Source of the DNA: Hyphomicrobiales bacterium | GTDB taxonomy: Bacteria; Pseudomonadota; Alphaproteobacteria; Rhizobiales; Xanthobacteraceae | DNA: 64,000 nt | Reading direction: 5' to 3' | NCBI GenBank assembly: GCA_038212905.1 | Contig: JBBQUA010000003.1 | Coordinates: forward strand, 76-64,075 | In this document: positions 23,041 to 32,670 of the stretch, piece by piece | Position numbering within the stretch: position 1 is the first letter of the stretch | Layout: each line of letters opens with the position of its first letter | Made by a program: the position numbers and the translations under genes | Notes under the pieces: model-generated | Told to the model about the DNA's origin: nothing | What the model saw: the letters and a program-made list of their open reading frames with translations, nothing else | Databases searched by the model: none

Positions 23041-23758
23041 TCCCGCCGTGCTCTGGTTGCCAGGCGAGGTCGAGGGCGAGCTTCAGGTCGAGGCCGGCGC
23101 ACGAGGCTACTTCGTCGCCGTTTCAGAAGACCTGCTGACGCGAACCGTGGCCGGCAGCGCCGAGGCGCTGCACCTGAGGCGCACCACCGATCGGCTGGTG
23201 ATGTTGAGCGGTGCGCAAATCGATGGCGCGCTCGGCGCGGTCACCCATTCCTGCGCCATGCTGGTGCGGGAACTGCGCGTGCCGCAACGGGGCAGCATGA
23301 CCATGATCGCATCGCATGTGCTGCAGCTTTGCCTGCATCTGTGGCGCTCGGTGGTGTCAGACGAATCCGGCAGCGAAGACAGACTGCGTGGCGACGGACC
23401 GCGGCTGGTCGGAAATTTCCTGCAGCTGGTCGAGTTGCATTACCGCGATAGCTGGCCGATCTCGCGCTATGCGGCAGCGCTTGGCGTCACCGAGGACAGG
23501 CTGCATGCGCATTGCAAGCGCGAGAAGGCGCGCAGCCCGCGCGCCATCGTTCACGAGCGGCTGATTCACGAAGCCTGCACCCGCTTGCAACAGCTGGATC
23601 TGCCGGTCGAACAAATCGGCTACGGCCTCGGCTTTCGGGATTCCGGATATTTCAGCCGGTTCTTCGGGAAACATCAGGGCATCCCGCCCGGTGCCTATCG
23701 TCGGCGCGCCCGGGCCGAACAGGCGAAGCGCGGCCCGTTTTATGCGGCGTGGCCGTAA
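23041..23758 (+). pseudogene. 5'-truncated AraC family regulator
   Basis: PAVLWLP... through AraC HTH (IGYGLGFRDSGYFSRFF); the upstream part of the ORF is antisense ALDH sequence. Confidence 0.8.
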
Positions 23759-24424
23759 TCACGCAGCCTGGCTGGCCAGTTCGATCTCGCCGCGCTCGAT
23801 CGTGATGGTGGTATCGGCAAAGGTTTCCAGCAATTTCGGATTCGATTCCGTGATCAGCAGCGTGATGTCGGCGTCCTGCGCGCGCAGCCGCCTCAGCGCT
23901 TCCGCATAGCGCTGCGCCAGCACCGGTGCCAGACCCTGAAACGGTTCGTCCAGAATGACGAGCTTGGTACCGAGCATCAGCGCGCGACCGAGCGCGGCCA
24001 TCTTGCCTTGCCCGCCGGACAGGGATCCGGCCGGACGCGCCTTGAGATCTGCCAGTTCCGGCAACACGGTGTAGGCGCGATCGAGCCGGCGTTTGGTTTC
24101 CGCACTATCGAGCCTGCCGACGCGGGCCGGCAGCAGGATGTTTTCCTCGACGGTGAAGGCCGAGAACAGTCGCCGGTCTTCCGGCGCATAGCCGATGCCC
24201 AGCCCCGGCCTCAGGTGCGGCGCGACTTTGCCGAGATCCGCACCAGCAAACCTGACATCACCGGACGTATCAGTGAATCCCATGGTGGTGCGGGCGATGG
24301 TGGTCTTGCCGGCGCCGTTGCGGCCGATCAGCGCCACCGTCGCGCCCGCGCGCAACTCGAACGTCACGTTGCGCAGCACGTGCACCCCGGCGATCCATAC
24401 ATTGACCTTGTTGAAGCTGAGCAT
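23759..24424 (-). CDS. Branched-chain-type ABC ATP-binding protein (LivF-like)
   Basis: GRNGAGKT, LSGGQ, LDEP. Confidence 0.9.
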   Translation of the reverse strand: MLSFNKVNVWIAGVHVLRNVTFELRAGATVALIGRNGAGKTTIARTTMGFTDTSGDVRFAGADLGKVAPHLRPGLGIGYAPEDRRLFSAFTVEENILLPARVGRLDSAETKRRLDRAYTVLPELADLKARPAGSLSGGQGKMAALGRALMLGTKLVILDEPFQGLAPVLAQRYAEALRRLRAQDADITLLITESNPKLLETFADTTITIERGEIELASQAA

Positions 24425-24427
24425 CTC

Positions 24428-25174
24428 TCAGATCCCGATCACTTGCTCGCGGACAACGGGATCGGCGAGCACCTCGGCTGGCGGGCCGCTCATCTGGATC
24501 TTGCCAGCGCTCCACACCGCAACTCGATCAGCATAGCGGGTGACCATATCCATATCGTGCTCGACGAACACCGAGGTGACGCGCTGTTTTTCCAACGCTG
24601 CCACCAGAATGTCCATGATCGCGAATTTTTCCGAGGAGGCCACCCCCGAGGTCGGCTCGTCCATCAGCAGCAGCCGCGGTTTTAGCGCCAGCGCGACCGC
24701 GATATCGACCAGTTTCCGCTTGCCCTCGGGCAGCTCACCGGCCCTGCGATCGGCGACATCCCGGATGCTGACGAGATCGAGCAAATTCTCCATGTCGGCG
24801 CGCTCGGGCAGATCGTGCAGCGACCGCATCAAGGTGGTGCGCCCGCTGTGCCCGGCCGCCGCGATCAGCAGATTCTCCATCACCGTGTGGTCGAGAAACA
24901 ATTGCGGAATCTGGAAAGCGCGCGCGATGCCGAAGCGGGTGATGTCGCGCGGCCGGTGCGCGGTGATTTCGCGGCCGAGAAACCGCACCGTGCCGGCCTG
25001 CGGCTTCAAATAGCCGGTGGCGATGTTGAGGAACGTGGTCTTGCCGGCGCCGTTCGGCCCGATGATAGCCAGTTTCTCGCCTTCGAGCACGTCGAGATCG
25101 ACGCCATCGGCGGCGATCACGCCGCCAAAGCGGATCGCCAGTCCCCTCGCCTCGAGCAGCACCGTCGCGGTCAT
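24428..25174 (-). CDS. Branched-chain-type ABC ATP-binding protein (LivG-like)
   Basis: GPNGAGKT, DEPTSG, EHDMD. Confidence 0.9.
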   Translation of the reverse strand: MTATVLLEARGLAIRFGGVIAADGVDLDVLEGEKLAIIGPNGAGKTTFLNIATGYLKPQAGTVRFLGREITAHRPRDITRFGIARAFQIPQLFLDHTVMENLLIAAAGHSGRTTLMRSLHDLPERADMENLLDLVSIRDVADRRAGELPEGKRKLVDIAVALALKPRLLLMDEPTSGVASSEKFAIMDILVAALEKQRVTSVFVEHDMDMVTRYADRVAVWSAGKIQMSGPPAEVLADPVVREQVIGI

Positions 25175-26124
25175 GACTCATCCCTCGCGGCGCGTTGACG
25201 CTTCCACAGGCCAATCAGGCCGTTGGGTGCGAACAGAATGATGGCGATCAGCACGACGCCGAGAATCAATTGCCAGGAGTTGGCGAGCTGGGCCGACGCA
25301 TAGAAGCGAACGAGTTCGAACACCGCCGATCCGGCGAACGCCCCCATCGCATTGCCGACGCCGCCGAGAATGGCAATGAAGACGAACTCGCCGGACTTGG
25401 TCCAATAGGCGAATTCCGGCGTTGCAATCTGCTGCGCGACGGCTACCAGCACGCCGCCGATGCCGCCCAGCGCCGCCGAGATGACGTAGCCGATCAACAG
25501 GATGCGGCGGGCGGAGACGCCGAGATACTCCAGCCGCGTCTCGTTGGATTTGATCGCGCGCAACATGTTGCCGGTCGGACTTTCCAGGAAACGTTGAACG
25601 GCGAACGTAGCCGCGATCGCGATCGCCAGTGTCAGATAGAGCAGGACGTACTGGAAGTCCTCGGGCGAGAACACCATGCCGAACACGGTCGGGCGCGGCA
25701 CGCGCATTCCATCCGCCCCGTTGGTGAGGTGAAACAACTTCTCCAGCAGCGACCAAAGCACCATCGAGAAGGCCAGGTTCAGCATGCCGAAGAAGATCTC
25801 GCGGTAGCGGACCACGAACAATCCGACCAGCAGACCCAGCACGGTCGAGATCACAGTACCGACCACGAGATAGGCCATGACATCGCCGACGCCGAGATAC
25901 TTGCCCCAGAAGCCCGCGGTATAGGCGCCGGCGGCGAAGAACATGGCGTGCCCGAACGAGACCTGCCCTGCCTGCAGCAGGATGATGATGCCGAGCACCA
26001 CGATGCCCTTGGCCAGAATCAGCACCACCAGCGTGGCCATGCTCGGAATCAGAATGGGAATGACGCCGGCGGCAACGACCACCGCGGCCAGCGTCCAGGT
26101 GAGAGCGGCTGATCGGCGGGCCAT
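25171..26124 (-). CDS. Branched-chain-type ABC permease (LivM-like)
   Basis: GQVSFGHAMFF; multiple TM segments. Confidence 0.9.
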   Translation of the reverse strand: MARRSAALTWTLAAVVVAAGVIPILIPSMATLVVLILAKGIVVLGIIILLQAGQVSFGHAMFFAAGAYTAGFWGKYLGVGDVMAYLVVGTVISTVLGLLVGLFVVRYREIFFGMLNLAFSMVLWSLLEKLFHLTNGADGMRVPRPTVFGMVFSPEDFQYVLLYLTLAIAIAATFAVQRFLESPTGNMLRAIKSNETRLEYLGVSARRILLIGYVISAALGGIGGVLVAVAQQIATPEFAYWTKSGEFVFIAILGGVGNAMGAFAGSAVFELVRFYASAQLANSWQLILGVVLIAIILFAPNGLIGLWKRQRAARDES

Positions 26125-27023
26125 CAGATCTTCCTGAGCTTGGTGGCGCCGAACAGGCCTTCGGGCCGCACCAGCAGCACCGCCACCATGATCAAATAGG
26201 GCACCAGCACTTCGAATTCCGGCTGCAGATAAATCACGAAGGCGCGCGCCATGCCGATCGCCAGCGCCGTGATCGCGGTGCCCTCGATCTGGCCGAGGCC
26301 GGCGGTCGCCGCCACCGCGAACGACAGCACGATCATTTCGGTGCCCATGCCCGGCACCAGCGAGGTGGTCGGCGACGCCAGCGCGCCGCCGAGCGCTGCC
26401 AGCGTCGCGCCGATGATGAACGTGATCAGATAGACCCTTTGCGCATTGATACCGATGGCGGTGGCGGCCTCACGGTCCTCGGTGACGGCGAGAATGACCG
26501 ACCCCATCAAGGTCCGGCGCAGGAAATAGCGAAGACCAAACAGCGCCAGCACCGCGACGATCGGCAGCACGATGACCTGATAGGAGGTGTAGCTGACGCC
26601 AAAAATCGTGACGTTCGGCAACAGTTTCAGCGGCTCGGCCGCATAGATCGGTTGCACGCCCCAGATCATCCGCTGCAGATTGTCCATGATCATAAAGACG
26701 GCGAAGGTGATCAAAAGCTGCAGCACCTCCTCGCGTCCGTAGACCCGACTCAGCAGCAGGCGCTCGATCAATCCTCCCGCCACGATACCGATCACCAATG
26801 AGGCCACCAGCAGCGCCGGATAAGTCAGCCACGGCGAAATTGGCGTCACCAGCAGGCTGAGCGTCGCCGCGAGGTAAGCGCCGAACGCATACAGGCTGCC
26901 ATGCGCGACATTGACGATGCGCAGCACGCCAAAGATCAGGCTGAGACCGACCGACACCAGGAACACGAGCGCCGCATAAGACAGGCCGTCGAGGCTGGCG
27001 AGAACGAAGAGCGTGGAATTCAT
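26124..27023 (-). CDS. Branched-chain-type ABC permease (LivH-like)
   Basis: GLSLIFGVLRIVNVAHG; RPEGLFG. Confidence 0.9.
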   Translation of the reverse strand: MNSTLFVLASLDGLSYAALVFLVSVGLSLIFGVLRIVNVAHGSLYAFGAYLAATLSLLVTPISPWLTYPALLVASLVIGIVAGGLIERLLLSRVYGREEVLQLLITFAVFMIMDNLQRMIWGVQPIYAAEPLKLLPNVTIFGVSYTSYQVIVLPIVAVLALFGLRYFLRRTLMGSVILAVTEDREAATAIGINAQRVYLITFIIGATLAALGGALASPTTSLVPGMGTEMIVLSFAVAATAGLGQIEGTAITALAIGMARAFVIYLQPEFEVLVPYLIMVAVLLVRPEGLFGATKLRKI

Positions 27024-27094
27024 CAGGACACGGTGTTTCGAGGTCAGATCGGGGACAGGCGAGCCGCGCCTGCCCCCTCACAATGCATCCTGGT

Positions 27095-28411
27095 TTACTT
27101 GCCGTGCTGGAACACCGGCACGTCCATCTTGGCAAAATCGGGCTTGAGGGTCTTCAGCCAATCCACCGATTTCTGGCCCGCCGGGGTGGTGATCTTGGCG
27201 GCGTCGAAGATCATCATGTTGTCGAGCACCATGTGATCGAAGCCGTCGGCCTTCTTGGTGACGCCGACGAGTTGCGCCTCGAGGCCCTGATTGTCCTCGG
27301 CGCGGAGCTTGACCTGACGGCCGAAGCCGACGAACTCCAGATTGGGCGCGGCGTCGACGACCTGCTCGCGGGTCGGCCACTTGCCGCCGTTGGCCTTGAT
27401 CGCCTTGTCGTAGGCGCCCTGCAGCGCCGCAAAGGCCTGCGCCATGTGGTAGACCGGATAGATCGGCATGCTTCCGGTCTTGGCCTTGAACGCCTCATTG
27501 AAGGCCTTGAAGGCAGCGTCGTTCTTTTTCTCCGGATGCATGAACCAGTGATCACCGCGCGCGCCGATGATCAGTCCTTCGGGCAGATCCTTGCCGAGCC
27601 GCTGAATCGAGGATTCGCCGATCCCGAGCACGAAGGTGGATTGCTTCAGCAGGCCACGCTGGCCGGCCTGACGCACCAGGGTATCGAGGTCGCCGCCCCA
27701 TGAGGTTGTCAGCACGACATCGGGACGCAGCGCCATCAGGCGCGAAATTTCGGTCGAATAATCCGGCGCGCCGAACTTCGGAAACAATTCAGCGACGACC
27801 TGCACGTCCGGCTTCATCTGCTTGAGTGCGGTCGAGAAGATCTCCCAGCTCTCACGGCCCCAGGCATAGTCCTGGTTGACCACGGCGATGGTCTTGAAGT
27901 CGGGTTTGGTCTTCAGGAGGTAGATCAGGACAGCCAGCATCTCCGGCGTGGCGTTGGCCTGGGTGCGGAAGCTGTAGCGATATTTCTTGGCTTCCAGAAT
28001 CGAGGCGGCGCCGCAGTCCCACATGAAGTTCAGCATCTTGAGGTCTTCGGCCAGCGGCACCAGCTGATTGCATGATCCCGACGAGATCGAGGCGAAGGTC
28101 GCATCGACCTTTTCGTCCTGCACCAGACGCCGATAGTTCGAAACCAGCGCTTCGCCGCCGGCGCCTTCGTCGACGAAGGAAAGCGCCAACGGCACCCCGC
28201 CGATCCCGCCCTTCTTGTTGATATCGGCAGCGATCATCTCGGCGGCGGCTTTGCCGGGCTCGCCGAACACGGCCGCAGGACCGGACAGGAACGTGGTAAT
28301 GCCGATCTTCAGTTCCTTCGGCTTGTCCTGCGCCGTCGCAGACCCGCCGAGAACGCCCAGCAGCAGCGAAACCCCTGCCAGCAATTTAAGTGTCTTGCCC
28401 GTTCGTTTCAT
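27095..28411 (-). CDS. ABC substrate-binding protein (Leu/aromatic-binding family)
   Basis: Signal peptide; LSGPAAVFG; NQDYAWGRE. Confidence 0.9.
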   Translation of the reverse strand: MKRTGKTLKLLAGVSLLLGVLGGSATAQDKPKELKIGITTFLSGPAAVFGEPGKAAAEMIAADINKKGGIGGVPLALSFVDEGAGGEALVSNYRRLVQDEKVDATFASISSGSCNQLVPLAEDLKMLNFMWDCGAASILEAKKYRYSFRTQANATPEMLAVLIYLLKTKPDFKTIAVVNQDYAWGRESWEIFSTALKQMKPDVQVVAELFPKFGAPDYSTEISRLMALRPDVVLTTSWGGDLDTLVRQAGQRGLLKQSTFVLGIGESSIQRLGKDLPEGLIIGARGDHWFMHPEKKNDAAFKAFNEAFKAKTGSMPIYPVYHMAQAFAALQGAYDKAIKANGGKWPTREQVVDAAPNLEFVGFGRQVKLRAEDNQGLEAQLVGVTKKADGFDHMVLDNMMIFDAAKITTPAGQKSVDWLKTLKPDFAKMDVPVFQHGK

Positions 28412-28527
28412 TATTCATTCTCCCAAACAGTTATGACGTCTTGTTATCGTTGAACTCCGCCCGAACCGGCGAAGCCTCAATCCCTGGGCTGCCCGCGGAA
28501 TTACCCCGGAGCTGTCCTTCGTCACGC

Positions 28528-29451
28528 CTACGCAGCTTCATTCGCCAGCGCCGGCAACTTCGGACGGCGACGAATTCCTTCCTCCACGATCGCGGTGATG
28601 CGGGCACGCTCCGCGCCAATCAGCGGCAGGCGGGGGGCGCGGCACCGGTCATTGGAACCGATGGCGATCATTTCCGCGAGCTTGATGTTCTGCACCAGCC
28701 TGGCCGAGACATCGATATCCAACATCGGCTTCATCCATCGATAGATGGCCCGAGCTTCCTCGAAGCGGCCAGCCTTGTACAGCTGCCAGATAGCCACGTT
28801 TTCCCTGGGGAACGCCAGCCCGACTCCGGCAACCCAGCCATTCGCTCCCATGGCGAAGCTTTCGAGGGCGAGATTATCCACGCCGGCAAACAGCCTGTAG
28901 CGGTCTCCGAGCAGGTTGATGATATCGGTGACCCGGCGAATATCGTCGGAGGATTCCTTCACCGCCACGAACAGCGGCTCAGCGGCCATCTCGGCCAGGA
29001 TCGAAGGCGTGATATCCACGCCATAGGCCACCGGATTATTGTAAATCATGACCGGCAGCCCGCCCGCACGTGCGACCGCGGTATAGTGAGCCACGGTCTC
29101 GCGAGGCTCGGACTTGTATGGCAATCCCGGCAACACCATGAAGCCGGCCGCGCCTGCTGCTGCGCCGCGTTCCGCCAGCCTTTGCGCGTCCCGGGTCGCG
29201 CCGTCCGAAATGGTCAGCAGCACCGGCCGATGGCCGGCCACCGACCGGGCCACCGCGAGGACTTCGAGTTTCTCATCCTGTGTCAGCGTCGAGGCTTCGC
29301 CGAGCGAGCCGCAGACGATCAGGCCGTCGATCCCGGCATCGATGTTGAGCTGATAGCAACGGGCCATTTCGGCGTGGTCGAGACTGCCATCCTCCCTGAA
29401 TTTGGTCGTGACCGCCGGAAATACGCCTTCCCAATTTGCCGTTCTTGCCAT
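28528..29451 (-). CDS. DapA-like lyase, resembles pyrroline-4-hydroxy-2-carboxylate deaminase (LhpC/HypD)
   Basis: GVFPAVTT, GSLGE, IYNNP, KESS, GVDNLALES, GWVAG. Confidence 0.8.
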   Translation of the reverse strand: MARTANWEGVFPAVTTKFREDGSLDHAEMARCYQLNIDAGIDGLIVCGSLGEASTLTQDEKLEVLAVARSVAGHRPVLLTISDGATRDAQRLAERGAAAGAAGFMVLPGLPYKSEPRETVAHYTAVARAGGLPVMIYNNPVAYGVDITPSILAEMAAEPLFVAVKESSDDIRRVTDIINLLGDRYRLFAGVDNLALESFAMGANGWVAGVGLAFPRENVAIWQLYKAGRFEEARAIYRWMKPMLDIDVSARLVQNIKLAEMIAIGSNDRCRAPRLPLIGAERARITAIVEEGIRRRPKLPALANEAA

Positions 29452-29494
29452 GCTCAACCACTCCCCTCGTTTGGCATTTGCTATCACGCGGGAG

Positions 29495-29515
29495 GATTGG
29501 ATACAATATCCAATC
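29495..29515. promoter_or_regulatory. Palindromic operator, probably bound by the adjacent GntR
   Basis: GATTGGATA-CAA-TATCCAATC perfect palindrome in a divergent intergenic region. Confidence 0.7.
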
Positions 29516-29609
29516 TTCGGCTTCGCGATGAACGACACCTCGACAAACCGTACAACCTGATGCAGACAGGCCGGGAAACGTCGGCGCCAGACAACTGTTG
29601 GATTAAATC

Positions 29610-30308
29610 TTGAGCCCTTCCCGCAAGCAGCCGCTGTCCCGCCGCACCACTTCGACGACGGCGGCTGACGAGATTCGCAAGAAGATCTTTGACGGGGAAC
29701 TCAGGGACGGTCAGCCGATCCGGCAGGACATTCTGGCGGCTGAGCTCGGCATCAGCCGAACGCCCATTCGCGAGGCGCTGGTTCAGCTCGAGGCCGAGGG
29801 TCTCGTCCGCAGCGAGCCTCACAAGGGCGCCGTTGTCGCAGGATTGTCGCCGGCGGAAATAGAAGAGACTTTCGAATTACGCGAATTGCTCGAACCAGTG
29901 CTTCTGAAGACATCGGCGCCGCGCCTCACCAAAGATGATTTCGCGGAATTGGCGAGCATTCTGAAGGAATATTCCGGAGAGTTGCGGACGCGGAACGTGC
30001 GGCGCTGGGGCGAACTCAATACGGCATTTCACGCGACGCTCTACGCCCGCGCCGACCGCCCGCAAACCCAGGCCATGGTGGCTCGCCTGCTGAATTCCTC
30101 GGATCGCTATACGCGGCTGCAACTGGTCATGACCAGAGGTCTCCGCCGCGCGGAGGCCGAGCATGCCTTGATCGTGGATTATTGCCGCAAGGGCCAATTC
30201 GACCAGGCGGTTGATCTGCTGCGCGCCCACATCCACCACGTCAAAACCGAATTGATGCGCTACGTGACCAAGACCAACAAGCCAAAGGCAGGCGCCAGCC
30301 GGAAATGA
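29610..30308 (+). CDS. GntR/FCD family regulator
   Basis: [23 protein letters not shown]; FCD domain. Confidence 0.9.
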   Translation: MSPSRKQPLSRRTTSTTAADEIRKKIFDGELRDGQPIRQDILAAELGISRTPIREALVQLEAEGLVRSEPHKGAVVAGLSPAEIEETFELRELLEPVLLKTSAPRLTKDDFAELASILKEYSGELRTRNVRRWGELNTAFHATLYARADRPQTQAMVARLLNSSDRYTRLQLVMTRGLRRAEAEHALIVDYCRKGQFDQAVDLLRAHIHHVKTELMRYVTKTNKPKAGASRK

Positions 30309-30314
30309 CGCTCC

Positions 30315-31304
30315 TTACTGAAGCTTGACGTCCGCCGCCTTGATCACATTGCCCCAGCGTTCGACCTCTTCCCGCAGGTACTTCGCGGTCTTTTCGATGG
30401 AGCCGCCATAGGTCTCCGCCGACAGCTTTCGAAGGCGTTCCTGCAGCTCGGGCTGGCGCAGCGCCTCGTTCACATCGGCGTTGATCCTGGCCGTGATGTT
30501 TTTCGGCGTGTTCGGCGGCGCCATGATCGCGTACCAGGCCACCGCCTCGAAGCCCGGCAGCGTTTCGGCAATGGTCGGCATATCGGGAAGCGACGGCAGC
30601 CGCTTGCTCGCGGCGACAGCCAATAGCTTGAGACTGCCGGCTTCGACCAGCGGCAGCGAAACGCCGAGATTGTCGAACATCAGGTCGACATCGCCGGCGA
30701 GCAGACCCTGCAGCGCCGGTGCCGACCCCCGGTAGGGGATGAAACGCATCTTCACCCCGGCCATCACCTGGAAAAGTTCGGCGGTGAGATGCGAGGTGGT
30801 GCCGTTGCCCTGGGTGGCGGCGGTCACCTTGTCGGGATTCGCCTTCAGATAGGCGACGAGTTCGGACACGCTCGATGCCTTCAGATTCTTGGGATTGACG
30901 ATCAGCGCGTTCGGCACATGAGCCATCACGATGATGGGCTCGAACTTGGCCGCATCGAACCCGAGGTTGGGATAGAGATTTTGATTGATCACCAGCGGCG
31001 GCGGCGGCGACGAAAACAAGGTGTAGCCATCGGGCGCTGCGTTATAGGCGAATTCGGCGCCGATGTTTCCCGCAGCTCCCGTGCGGTTTTCGATGACGAC
31101 CGGCTGTCCCCATTTGCGCGACAGCCATTCGCCGACCAGGCGCGGAACGGCGTCGGCTGTTCCGCCCGCGGCGAACGGCACGACGATTTTGACGGCGCGG
31201 TCCGGATAGTCCTGCGCCGACGCAGGCACGATGGCGGCGGCGCAGAGCGCGATCGGCAGCAGCAGCGCGGCCACGGCGCGGCTCATGGAAACCCGTATGT
31301 GCAT
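30315..31304 (-). CDS. Bug/TctC tripartite tricarboxylate transporter substrate-binding protein
   Basis: VPFAAGGTAD, ENRTGAAG, PDGYT, IPYRGSAPA. Confidence 0.9.
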   Translation of the reverse strand: MHIRVSMSRAVAALLLPIALCAAAIVPASAQDYPDRAVKIVVPFAAGGTADAVPRLVGEWLSRKWGQPVVIENRTGAAGNIGAEFAYNAAPDGYTLFSSPPPPLVINQNLYPNLGFDAAKFEPIIVMAHVPNALIVNPKNLKASSVSELVAYLKANPDKVTAATQGNGTTSHLTAELFQVMAGVKMRFIPYRGSAPALQGLLAGDVDLMFDNLGVSLPLVEAGSLKLLAVAASKRLPSLPDMPTIAETLPGFEAVAWYAIMAPPNTPKNITARINADVNEALRQPELQERLRKLSAETYGGSIEKTAKYLREEVERWGNVIKAADVKLQ

Positions 31305-31437
31305 CGATAGCCTTCCACGTTGTCGGCCGCCGTGATCGCGCCTGATGACAAAATGCCTTGGCCTGTTCACTTGTGTAAGGATACAACGCCGCGACAGATT
31401 TCTTTTACAGAGAATAACCAAGAACAAGGAACAGATC

Positions 31438-32628
31438 ATGGCACAGCCCCCTCCCCGTGTCGCGATAGTTGGAGGCGGCATCGGGGGATTGTTCGCGGCC
31501 AATGCGTTGACCGCCCAGGGCATCGCTGTGTCGGTGTACGAGCAGGCGCCTGCGATCGGCGAGATCGGCGCCGGCGTGTTCCTGACACCGAACAGCGTTC
31601 GGCATTTACAACGGATCGGACTGCAAGCGCCCGTGGAGAAATGGGGTGCGCGGGTCGGCCGGAACTCGCATTACTTCCGCCACGACGGCGCGCCGATCGC
31701 CCCGGTCCAGGTGACGGACGCCTCCGGGTGGAACGCGACTTTCGGCATGCACCGGGCCGACCTTGTCGACATGCTGGCCGCGGCGTTGCCGGAGGGAACG
31801 GTGCATGCCGGACATCGCTGCAGCGGATTCGAGCAAGACGGCGACACGGCGCGGGTAAGCTTTGCCAACGGCGCGACCGTGGAAGCCGACATCGTCGTCG
31901 CCGCTGACGGCATCCACTCCGAGCTTCGGCCGCATGTGTTTCCGCCATCGCAGCCGGTATTCCACGGCTCGGTCGCCTATCGCGGGCTGGTGCCGCATGA
32001 GCTTCTGCCGGATTGGCCGACCGATCGCTGGCAGATGTGGCTCGGCACCGGACGGCACTTCCTCACCTTTCCCTTGCGCGCTGGAAAACTGATCAATTAT
32101 GTCGGCTTCGTGCCGACCGACGAGCAGATGAAGGAATCCTGGTCGGCCCCCGGCGATCCCGATACCCTGCGGCGGGAATTCGCCGGCTGGGATCCGCGCA
32201 TTCAGCAGGTGCTCGGCGAAGTCCGGCAGACATTTCGCTGGGCGCTGTACGACCGCGAACCGCTGCCGGGCTGGACCAAGGGAAGGCTGAGCCTGCTCGG
32301 CGATGCTGCGCATCCCATGCTTCCGCATCTCGGACAAGGCGCCAATCAGTCGATCGAGGACGGCATGGCGCTGGCGATCATTCTGGGACGCGCCGACCGG
32401 GCGACGGCTCCCCTCGCTTTGCTGGCCTACGAGCGACTGCGGCGCGAACGCGTGGCCGAGGTCCAGCGCGGCGCGCGCGCCAGCGGCCTGCGCTACGATT
32501 CGGCATACTCGGATCTCGGCGTGAGGGACGCCGAGATCACCGCGCACGCCGAATTCCGCAAGCAGCTCTACAGTTACGATCTGGTTCCGGAGGCGGAAGC
32601 CGCGGCGGCGGCGCTTCGTTCCGATTGA
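31438..32628 (+). CDS. FAD-dependent monooxygenase (salicylate hydroxylase-like)
   Basis: GGGIGGL, ADGIHS, LLGDAAHPMLPHLGQGANQSIEDG. Confidence 0.9.
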   Translation: MAQPPPRVAIVGGGIGGLFAANALTAQGIAVSVYEQAPAIGEIGAGVFLTPNSVRHLQRIGLQAPVEKWGARVGRNSHYFRHDGAPIAPVQVTDASGWNATFGMHRADLVDMLAAALPEGTVHAGHRCSGFEQDGDTARVSFANGATVEADIVVAADGIHSELRPHVFPPSQPVFHGSVAYRGLVPHELLPDWPTDRWQMWLGTGRHFLTFPLRAGKLINYVGFVPTDEQMKESWSAPGDPDTLRREFAGWDPRIQQVLGEVRQTFRWALYDREPLPGWTKGRLSLLGDAAHPMLPHLGQGANQSIEDGMALAIILGRADRATAPLALLAYERLRRERVAEVQRGARASGLRYDSAYSDLGVRDAEITAHAEFRKQLYSYDLVPEAEAAAAALRSD

Positions 32629-32670
32629 CCTGAAGACCTCAAACGATGGATATAGCGATAACAAACGGCG

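Noticed and set aside
22571-23758. 395-aa ORF as an intact AraC regulator
   Set aside because: Its first ~155 codons are the antisense of the ALDH fragment; treated as a deletion chimera
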